DNA of 64,000 bases, taken from NCBI GenBank assembly GCA_010405405.1, contig MU004232.1:391481-455480 (forward strand), written 5' to 3'. The DNA comes from Microthyrium microscopicum. Lineage: Eukaryota. The first letter of the stretch is position 1, and each line of letters starts with the position of its first letter. Made by a program: the position numbers and the translations under genes. The notes under the pieces are model-generated. The model saw only the letters and a list, made by a program, of their open reading frames with translations, did no database searches and was not told the origin of the DNA. This document shows positions 38,000 to 48,500 of this stretch, in pieces.

Positions 38000-40900
38000 C
38001 TAGTGTAGCCGTCTCAAGTGATCTACAATATCTCTGACATCAGTAACCGTCACACTCTGTCCTCCACGGTTCAATGCATCGACGCATTGCTGCTGAACTT
38101 CAGGCGGACTATCCAAGAACCGCTCAATCAACTCGCCGTCCACAAACCGGCGAGGTTCCTCCTCCATTCTGACGTCGTTTCTGAAGGCTCGATAGCCTTT
38201 GAAGTCGATATCTCCAAGACTCTTGACACTTTCCGCCAGTATATCTTGGAGATTCATGAGCAGATCTCGCTTGTTGTCGGCGATGAGACCAAATAGATAC
38301 AGTGATCCCTCTCTCTATGACGGGTTAGTCAGTAATTAGTCTGTGGAAAGAGGACGGAAATACGCACAGTTGCGAGCAGCGCCTTTGGAACGACTGGCGA
38401 ATCTGCTGATGTTTCCACATCAATACTCTGCATGCGATTGACAAGTTCTCCTATGCAAAATTCCGAATCGACTTGCAGTCTTCGTAAATCGTCTGCGGTT
38501 GCACCCTCAAGATTCCGTGAGAGAACAAGCAAATTCCCTTCGGCATCGCTCTCTAGCCAGCTATGAGGGCCAACTTGACATACGGCAGTTCCCCAAAGCG
38601 TCTGGTAATGTCGAGCTATTTCAGTCAAAGAGTGTTTGCCAACAGTAGATTTATCCTGAGATTTGTATTGCAGTATCGACACTGACTTCATCAAATCCGC
38701 TACTGCAATCGTGTCACCTGTGATGCACATGCTTATTGGCATAGTGGAGGTTCGATATGTAGCCAGTTTGGTGAGCCCTGGCGTTCGTCCAGAAGAAAAG
38801 TCATAGGAGAATATAGCAACTGTTTTGTTCATCGCTGCCACAATTTTCCCATCGACCATGCCAAGGCAACGGCAGGCGCCCTTGATACTATGTTGGAGAA
38901 TTGGGCGTAGAGTTTGATCTGCGGTGAGCTCGAAGATGATGATTCGACCTCGAAATTCGTCTACGGTGTCGTCCTCTACAAAAGAGGTTCCCACGATGAA
39001 ACGTTCTTCCATTGAGCCATAACCATCATCGAGCTCAGTTCGAAGGACGGACTCAATAAGTTCGTCATTTTTAAGCTCATAGCTGGCGACTTCTTTGAAC
39101 ATTACTTCTTCAACGACCTTGAAACTGCTTCTTGATATTTCAGCACCATCCTGTATACTCCGCGCAATCGTTCCTATTCCGAAGACTTTGAGTGCTCGAG
39201 AGTAGACAAGGCGTCTTGCTGTTTCGCCAATCTGTAGTGGTTGGACATGAGTAGTTCGTTCGTAGTCGATTTGTGCGATTTTAATGTCATCGGATGTTGC
39301 AAAAATAACTGAATTTGGGAATGCTTCAGAGTCAAATGGACAGACGCAGTTGACTTGTTCAGTATCGACGGCTGAGAATGTCAACCGACCCTGCTCTTCG
39401 TAAATCAAGCTAGAATGCTCGCTTGCAACGAAGATGCTCTTCAGCTGTCCATCAGGGTACGTCAGTTCCGTAAGCTCTGCTTGTCTCGTACCTAGAACAG
39501 TTTTCATGGCGAGTTTGAGATTTCCATTTTCACCAATCTCATAAGTAGCCACATGCCCATCAGCCAGAGCAGCAAAAAGGATCGGACTATCGTTAACCTT
39601 GGAAACCGTGGAGATGAGTATGGATCGGGGTAGAGCACGTTCTTCTCCACTTTCGGTCGAGCGTATAGGCTTCCATTCTCCAGTGCTCAATCTTATCACT
39701 CCAATCTCACTCTCCTCCTCGACGCCAGAGTTCCAGAATCCAACAAACAGCATCTCTGAAAGTGAAGGTATTGACGACAGAGCGATGCAGGAGATTTGAT
39801 AATTTGGAGGTGCCAGGTGACGTTGAGGTTTGATGCCGTCCTGGAAGTTGAAAACTTGAAGGACATTGCCACCTAAGCAAATCACAAGTCGCTCATCGTT
39901 CGCAGTTGCCGCTATGATGTCGACCCCGTTGTCTGCGTTCCAAACTACTGGATTTGAGTTAGATACGAGACTTCGTATTATGACACTCTTTTGAGTGACC
40001 TGAAGGAGTTGTAGCTGTGAGCTTTGATGAATATTGCGTGCTAGGAGAGTCTGAGAATCCAGAGCCATGCCAGCGTCCAATTCCTCAACGGCGCCAGATG
40101 AGTCGAATTGTAGTAATCTGCTCTCGTCGGTGAAACTTAATAGAATAGCGTTGACTTTTGGTTGCGATGGATCCAACCGAAGACTGAATATTGCAGTCGT
40201 ATTCTCCAAATCAGGGAGTAGACCAAGCTCTTTGACACCCACTCCACTGCGGACACTTCTAATGCTACCATCTTGCCATGCGCCGCTACCAGTGACAATT
40301 CTGGCTTGTCCAGTAGAAAATTCGTTGGCTGGTCCATCACCTGAGCGATTACCCATATCCATGACGGTAAAATCCAGAATAGGGGACAGACTGGCAATCG
40401 TCTGGATAATCTCAATAGTCCCATCCGTAATCCTGACAACTTGAGAGTCTCCGTGGTGCGAACCAACGAAAAGCAGATCGTCAGAGAGATAAACCAGACA
40501 TGCTGCTTGAGACGTAGTTCCAAGCTCTTCCACCTCCATTTCATCCACCAAGCCTTCGCGGTCGAGATGTAGATTCAGGCTGTAAAGTTTACCAAATTCA
40601 TCTGCCAGAACATATCTAAGATTATCGATTCGTGCCCATGACGTCCAGATTGTGGCATGAGGTAACGCTTCAATGTGATCCTTTGCCGTTGGGCCATCAT
40701 CAAACCAGGAAACCTTTGTTTCCGCGAGAACAATTATGCCGTAAGGACGATTCGGAACCGGGATTAAATGGCTTGCGCCAACATCAAGGTCTGCAGTGTC
40801 TCGCTGATTCTCGGAATCTCGATATTCAACAGCAACATCCGTATCCTTGGCGCGCGATTGATAATGGATCTCTCGAAATCTCATGCGAGCATTGCCCTCG

Positions 40901-41559
40901 TAGTCTTCCCAGAGAAGCGCCACTTCGGGCTTTGCCCCACGACCTCTGGGACGCTGACTGAATGCTGCTGACTTGACGTTGAACTCTGGAATTCTAGACC
41001 AGGCGACTTCGTCAAGCACACTTCTTTTGGTTTGGATGCCCTTTTCGACACCTTTGAGGCCCCATTGAACCAGAGGAATTGTTGTTAGAATGCCTTCATA
41101 AATCTCCAACAGCATAAATTCATTTAATGGATCAACGAGGCTCCGTTCTCCTGATTGTACTTCTCTTGCGGTCCTATCTGCAAGATCCTGAAGTTTGAAG
41201 ACTGTGTCCAGCTGTTGAGTGTTTGAATTCCATGATGCTGTGAAGAAGTGTCCGGTGTCTGTTCCAACGAAGATATGATCAACAAGTGAATCGGCCGGTC
41301 GGAACTTGTTGAGTACGACAATGCGACCGTAGACCAAATGTGAGCCAACAAGGTTTAGTATTGCTCCTGAGCCGCCAATCTGATAGGTCTCTATGCGGTT
41401 GAACTTTCTGATCAAGCACCCAAGTTAGCATAGCCACATACACTCCACAAATAGACGTACGTACGCTACTACTAAAGATTCGGAATCCGGGTCTATTAAG
41501 TTGAGCTTGAGGGCCAACCGGATCCCGCTTGGTCGATGAATTGGAGTAATGTAAGCCAT
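38000..41559 (-). CDS. DDB1: DNA damage-binding protein 1 (CUL4 adaptor), 3 exons
   Basis: Motifs: 'MAYITPIHRPS', 'LFVGSHHGDSQ', 'SPILDFTVMD', 'GSGAWQDGSIRSVRSGVG', 'IAVADLMKSV' and C-terminal 'RFVDGELIERFLD'. Confidence 0.93.
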
Positions 41560-42013
41560 GCTAGGGGCTGGAGGTCATATACCAGCACTGAAGCTGTATC
41601 ATCTGTCTGCAAGAATATCTATCACGGCCTCTCGTAATTCAGAAGGGGTCCCTCTAGAAAATCTTTTGCAACAAAAGAATATCGGAATAGAAGTGGGATG
41701 GTTAACAAAGTGAGGTCTTGTTCAAATCATGATGCACAGTGCAGTTGATGATTAAATGCCCGGACATAAGATTAGATTTCGAGCTTCTTATTTCCGCACT
41801 AGTAACTTTTTGGTGACTCTCGAATTTAAAGCATCGAGTTCTGCACAACTTCTGCACAATTTCCTTCCACCACCAAACCTCATCACAGAAAGCGAAACAG
41901 TTAAGTCAGCAAAAACGCAGATTCAAGCGATCCCGGAAAGTCTTGAAGTCCTAGCGCACATTGATATCTCTGGATGATCATTATCCTCAGCTCATAGCGT
42001 CGGCTGATTCGCC

Positions 42014-43232
42014 ATGTCTCGTGCGTCCATCAAAAGCTCAAATATCAAGGAAAATTACGCTAACATTTTTAGACGAAGCCACCATGGACGGCGATGAGGA
42101 GGACTATGTTGTTGCAGAATATGACGTTCTCATAACACCAGAAACCGCCCAACAAATTTATCTCATGCAATATCCAACTCGGGACCGCAAAGCACCATAT
42201 AACGAAGCCAACAACAGCCAACCTCTGGAAATGCGCATCAAACCCCATGCTGGCTTCATGGAACTCGACATTGGTTTCAATACAGGCGAGCACTTCGACA
42301 AGCGCAAGGGAGTTTTGTGGGGTGAATCCTTGCGGGCGACTGAAAAGCTGGGCGCAAACTCCTTTGGTGTTGCTAGTGGCTTCGGAAAAGGGAACAAGTC
42401 CAACGAATCGATGGTCGCGGATAGTAGCCGTGCGGCTGATGAGGAAAAGCTTCGGGATATGCTGCAAGATTTCGATCATTCGGTTGGTGAAGGCAAAGTG
42501 TTGATGAAGCAAACCCTTGGTGGACAGATCATTCGCCCTCAACCTGGCCGTCCTATGTACATGCTCGGCGCTTTTCGAGGCAGTAAGTATACTACGAATA
42601 CCGGCTTGCCGGAAACCGTTGCTAACGGTCTTTAGCTGAATTACATCTATCCATGGTCACTGGAATCGTTCAGATGCGACCTCAGTTCCACCACATTGAT
42701 GCTAAAGGACAATTGGCCAAAGTCAAGCAAGTCCGAGAGCGAGCAGCAGCAGAAGCGGCCAAAGGATCTGAATCTCGTCTAATCACCCAGCGTGCCCATA
42801 CTGCCGATGATGAAGAACTCAATATCGAGCGTACCGACAAGTTCTTGGAACGTGCAGCTATGGAAAAGTGGTCCAGACTCCAGTTCAGAGACGAAGACGT
42901 AAGTTCTTCCGTTCACATACATATCCGAACCTAATGACGTGCAGTCGGACGAAGCTTTCTCTGCTTATCGAGAATCTCTATTCCTCCAAGACACTCATGG
43001 TGCAAAGAAGCTCGAGTCGCCATGGGATAACGAAGAGTTTCTAGACGCCATCAGCATACCCCGTGGCAAACCAGGAGCTCATATGAAGCGCAAGGCGCCC
43101 ATGACACGAAAACAAATTCTGGTTCTACACCGTGAAGCAGAGGAGGATGCTGCTATCGAAGCAGCGGAAAAGGCTCAGAAAGAGGCAGAAGCTGGGAACC
43201 ACAAGGATACTGAGGCTATGGATATGGACTAG
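42014..43232 (+). CDS. RPC5: RNA polymerase III subunit Rpc5/Rpc37 (Sin_N family), about 4 exons
   Basis: Motifs: 'DYVVAEYDV', 'LMQYP', 'MRIKP..G.MELD', 'QTLGGQ', 'YMLGAF', 'GIVQMRPQFHHID'. Introns at about 42021-42072, 42583-42635 and 42899-42945. The start is ATG 42014 or 42084. Confidence 0.88.
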
Positions 43233-43841
43233 CAGTCGAATAATCCAGCAGCACCGGTGGACCGCATGGTTTCATTACGTCTTTCAACCAAACCAGAGTC
43301 TCAGGACGATATACGCCGCCACTCGACTGACACGCGTACCTTGACACCACAACCTATGGAGTTGCGTACTTCCGCGAAAGCAAATTTTCGAGACCACATA
43401 CGCCGCCCACTCGTCACAGATCCTCATCACTTGATGAACCGGTCTTTGGAGATACGTCTTTCGACCGAACCTGATTCCCAGAATGACATAAGCCGCCAGA
43501 CCATTGATCCTCGTGTCTTGACAATCGATTCTCATGTCCTGACAACAGAGTCTATGGAACTCGATGTCGATGCCACTTTGGATTCATTGATCTCCGAATC
43601 ACCCGAGGATCTACGCTCTACAAAATCTGGCAAACTCACAGACGAAGAAGTTGAAGACGAAGCACTTGTGCCACCGCCTCTTCAGACGCGGAAGAAGAAG
43701 GCGGCGGCAAAGAGTTTGTCCAAAGCTACTGGCAAAAAGGTCAAGGCCACCGCAAAGGCAAGCGAACCAACAGATGATCTAATGCCCGAACCACTTGCTC
43801 TGCCTGCTGGCCGATCATTAAGGAACCGGACTAAGAAATGA
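43233..43841 (+). other. Stop-free in-frame extension (202 codons) directly after the RPC5 TAG; internal repeat and basic NLS-like tail
   Basis: Reads GAC TAG CAG TCG AAT AAT CCA... and stays open to TGA at 43841. A repeat with 177-nt spacing has diverged mostly at third codon positions. Confidence 0.65.
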
Positions 43842-43896
43842 TGCACGAAATTAGCGAATTAGATACCCACTTATACCAGGCATTGGAATGTAGATA

Positions 43897-44372
43897 CAGT
43901 GCTGCAAGAGCTGAGTCCTCCCCCCCCCTAGATTATGAAATGGCGCTTCAGGCCGTGATTGGAGGGCGAGAAGATCTAAAGAGTGCGTTAGTATGCAAAT
44001 TTAGCGGCGTAGCCCCTTAGATCAATCTTACCAACTCCATCCTCTTCCCAAATTATAATATTATCGATCCTAAAGCCTAATCTTTGTCAAATATATTGAT
44101 TTTTAGTGTTTTGATGCATCTTCAGGTCAGTAGTGAGTGTTTATTTAATATCAGAATTTGATTTCTACGTTATTAATATGGCTTCAAAAGCGACCCAAGA
44201 TGTGGTATTTAGGAAGGATGGTTTTCAAGGGGCTGCTAATGGGCCGCGACCGGGCGGCGCCCTACAAATTTGCACTGTAACGCCCATCCTACCCCGAAGA
44301 TCCACCCAATTACGGCATGATCCGCTAATTTACGATTTTAGGGGGGGGGAGGACTCAACTCTTGCAGCACTG
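43897..44372. mobile_element. MITE, Tc1/impala-like, 476 bp, ~35-bp TIRs starting CAGT, TA target-site duplication
   Basis: Left end: TA|cagtgctgcaagagctgagtcctcccccccccta. Right end: tagggggggggaggactcaactcttgcagcactg|TA. There are extra subterminal inverted blocks (tgcaaattt/aaatttgca and agcccctt/aaggggct) and an AT-rich core. Confidence 0.85.
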
Positions 44373-44651
44373 TAGAATGTAATACTGACTATTACAATCA
44401 AGCAGCTCAACTTCCCTTTGCTTGCATGTGACCGAAAAGCTGCACTCTAGCATTCGAGTATATCCCATCATGCGGAGTTGCTTCCGCGACATTCAATGGA
44501 TTTCTGAGGCTCAAAATCCCCCCGCCAACTCCAACATCTCACCACCAAGTCCGCGAATACCCGCTCAACATCAATGAATCATAGCTCTCTCAAACCCCTT
44601 CGACAGCTTCCAAACCACAATATCCAAGTTGCTCGAACAACAAACCATTAG

Positions 44652-45404
44652 ATGCTCCGCACCCTCCTCCGCCCACTCACCATTCCCATCCCAAAAATGG
44701 CCCTCAACCCTCAACCCACCGCCTCAAAATCCACATCCTCAACCACATCCAGCGCACCAACCGTCTCCCTCCCCGGCGCACCGCAAGCCGCCCAATTCTC
44801 CAAAGGTTCCCTCGACCGCTCCGCCCTCGCCTCCGACCCAACAACGCAGTTCACAAGCTGGTTCGCCGAAGCCTCCTCCGTCCCACAACACGAAGCATGC
44901 ACACTAGCCACCGCCGAGCTACCATCCGGCCGCGTATCAGCACGCATGGTATACATGAAATCCCTAGACCACGGATTCGTGGTTTATAGCAACTGGGGCA
45001 CTAGTAGGAAAGCCGCTGACATCGCCTCAAATCCGAATGCCAGCTTAGTATTCTGGTGGCGTGAATTGGAGAGACAAGTGAGGGTGGAGGGACGCATTGA
45101 GAGGGTGAGCACGGCAGAGAGTCAGAAGTATTTCGATACGCGGATAAGAGGGAGTCGGGTCGGTGCGTGGGCGAGTCAGCAGAGTAGCGTGTTGAGCGGA
45201 CGAGAAGAGTTGGAGGGGCAGGTGAAGGATGTAGAGAGGAAGTTTGAGGGTGTGGATGAGATTCCTGTGCCGGAGTTTTGGGGAGGCGCGAGGGTTGTGC
45301 CGGAGAGGGTGGAGTTTTGGCAGGGGAGGGAGAGTCGGTTGCATGATCGGTTTAGTTATGTGAGGGATGGAGAGGGGTGGAGGATTGAGAGACTTAGTCC
45401 ATGA
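44652..45404 (+). CDS. PDX3: Pyridoxamine 5'-phosphate oxidase
   Basis: Motifs: 'DPTTQFTSWF', 'SARMVYMK', 'SRKAADI..NP.ASLVFWW.ELERQVRVEG', 'GAWASQQS', 'EFWQGRESRLHDRF'. Confidence 0.96.
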   Translation: MLRTLLRPLTIPIPKMALNPQPTASKSTSSTTSSAPTVSLPGAPQAAQFSKGSLDRSALASDPTTQFTSWFAEASSVPQHEACTLATAELPSGRVSARMVYMKSLDHGFVVYSNWGTSRKAADIASNPNASLVFWWRELERQVRVEGRIERVSTAESQKYFDTRIRGSRVGAWASQQSSVLSGREELEGQVKDVERKFEGVDEIPVPEFWGGARVVPERVEFWQGRESRLHDRFSYVRDGEGWRIERLSP

Positions 45405-45583
45405 TCATCGATATGAGACGAGAATGAGGACTGGAAATAGCATATTCGAGAGAGCGCCATATTCATGTTCTTGTTTGACGGCACTCCTTCTCATTTTGAT
45501 ACCTCGATACTACATAGTGGCCCCCTTAACATGTATATCAACCTTTTCATGAAGTAGACGCTGGCAGATATCAGCTTTTTTGA

Positions 45584-48500
45584 CTACACCGCAGTCCCAA
45601 TATCAATTTTCTGAGCATCGCCTTGTGTCGAACCATCACTATCAACTACCTCTTCCACACAATCACACCCAAACATCGCCCTAAATTCCGGTCGGAACAT
45701 GCCCTCCAACAGTTCCAACGCCTTCTTGCTAGCCGCGACCTTTGCATATCCACTACTCTCTCTGACAGCCGAACCAGCAACCTTGTCATGAATCATGACA
45801 CCACTTACAATCTTCGACACGGCAAGCGGATTAAGCTGCGGCAACTCCTGAGCCATGAGCTTGAAATCTCTACAACCCAATTCGATGGCGAGCAGATGAT
45901 GGAGTTTTGTGGTGGGGTGGTTGTTCGCAAAGGTGTCATAAATCTTCATATCGACGAAGAACGGCTGTATGTGGCGGTCGAAGAAATCCCTCACAGGCGT
46001 GAAGTCGAACTTGGCATCGACGAAAAGAGCGCCGATGAAGGATTCTACGATATCCGGAAGACATTTGGGAGGTGCAGTGAGGGTAGTCCAGTAATCGACA
46101 GCGCCGTTCGCAACGCGCTCTGCTTCCTCCGCCTCAATGACGAAATCGCCAATTTGGCCTTGTAGCGCATCGTGGTGGTGGCGTAGATGGCGATGGAAGC
46201 CGATCTTGACGCAGAGGGCTCCGAGGAATTTGTTGGATACCATTGCCATTTTGTGCTCCGTCAGCCATTGGGGATCTTTCATTGGGTAGTTGTAGAAGAG
46301 GTAGGAGACACAGACCATATCTAGCAGTGAATCGCCCAGGAATTCTAGTCGCTGGTAAGATGGGACTTTGTCGTGTGATGCTAGGGATGGGTGGTTGAAG
46401 GCATTGCGGATATGGCGAGGGTGGTTGAACTTGTATGGGTGTTCGAGGTATACTTTCTCGGCTAAATCTGTTTCTGTGTATCTTAATGGGAACGTCATGA
46501 ATTCGGGCTCTTTGTATGCCTCGAAGTAATCGTCCCACTTCATCATTTGATGGTTCTCATTTCGGACTAGAAGAGTGACAGCTTTGACTGCGGCGTCCCA
46601 GTCTGCAGGTGCCCAGGCATCTAGCCGGTTGAATTGCACGAATGCAGCGCCAATTATGGCTTCGCAGACGTCGGCGACTGATTTGTCCCCTAGATGGTGT
46701 TCTCGCGGAGGTTCGACTTTTCCTGCACCTTTACCTACGAGAAGGCGGATGCAGGGAGGATACCAAGTTCGGCGACTAAATTCCTGGGAACGAACGAATC
46801 GATACAGTTTCAGGTCTTTAGCTGCTTCGAACAAGTTGTTATTGCAAATCATCAACATTCGATTGACGTGGCAGAAGAATTCCGTGTCGGAAGGGGTTTG
46901 AGTATGCAGTGAGATTGAAGTTGCCGTCTTCAGGAACGTATCGCCTATAAATTCCAGACGTTCGTAATTGTTGCCCATGCCAGCTCGGAAGTTGATCTTC
47001 TCTTCCTGATGATCGCCACTGTTATCAGAATCCTTGGTCATAGCCTCTAGAGCAAGGTTTGTATCAACTCTGAGTCCGAGCAAATCGAAGGCCTCCAAAG
47101 AGATGAGATACTCTTCGATGCGATGGATAGCAGCGGGAAAGACGTAACCCATTGTAGCAATCTTAGTAGAGATTACAGAGATCTTCAGCGGTTGTGGACA
47201 CACATATACCCGCTGGAGCCCTTGCAATTGCTTGATTTCATCTCTCTGGGGCTTCCCAAGGAGATTGCGGCGAGTTTGTGGCTGCTCGCATTCCAACACT
47301 GGCTGCTTCTTATCCCAGACCTTGGCCCAGAGTTCTCGCTGCTTCTTCCACAAGGAGATGGAATACTCCAGAATGCTGTCCATATATTTAGTTGGAGGCG
47401 CACCTTCTGGAACGGGATCCCCTGAACACTTGGTCGGATCAACTTTGATGGAGAAGAAACGTCGACCACCTTGCCATATGTCGATTATGTACTTGTCAGC
47501 AATAGCTTCATCTGGCGTATCCCGTTGCCAGCCGTACTCGTGCTCGGCTGATCTGGGTTCTGCTTTCTTCGTGGCTATGAGGTCCAAGGTTGCACTATCG
47601 ACTTGATAATCTGGGGCAAAGGTGACTGGAACAAGCCAGTAAGGCATTTTGGCCACATCTTCTTCGTAATCTTTGTTGAAGATGTCTTTCAATAGTACCA
47701 GGGAAAACTTTGTCGCCTTCGACAGAAAGCTTGGTGAACAGGGTATGGCTGTTTGGACACTTTTGCATGCTACGAAAGGAACGTTACCCTGCGTCAGGAA
47801 CAGTGGGAACTTTGGAAAGTTTGGCAGTGGCTGACGAGTAAGAATGCCCAGTGGTTGATGAGGTCGTTCCAAAGAGCCTTCAATGTCAATGACGGTGAGA
47901 TATGCCTCGGTCGGTAAGATGCCGCTCCCTTCTGTCCAAGCAGTGGGCTTCATGAGTGCCTCGTACGTGTTTCCCTTCTTACTTGGGAGAGCAAGCTTGG
48001 CATTTCGCATCATGGGTAGAATCTTCTGATAGCACGATACAAAGTTTTCGTCAATGAGACTTTCTTCTCGCAATTTCTTGCACATCTGGAATGCAGCTGA
48101 TCGTTTAGCCAAGGACTTTCTTTTCTTTGGTTCGCCAAAGCAGCGCTCAATAGGAGAACCTTGAGGTAGAATGACCTCGTAGACGAATTTATCTCCATCT
48201 CGTCGATAGTCATACCTCGGATTCTGGATCACGAAGGTATCGGATTTCGGGAGACTAGCAACGAAATGGGCCAAGACAGCAAGCGCAATGTGGGATGTGA
48301 GAGTTGCTTTGGTAGATGGTTCCATGTGTCTGTCCTCAAAGTCTTTGGGCAGGTCCTCATCGCCATTCGTGACGATACGATCTCCTGGCATATCTCCACA
48401 AAGAGCATGCATTCGGCGCGCGTCTGTTAAGACGCCTTGAACTAGACGTTCTTGCTGTATGTTGCCAGTTTCCATCATATGGTAGAATTTAGAGTTGCGA

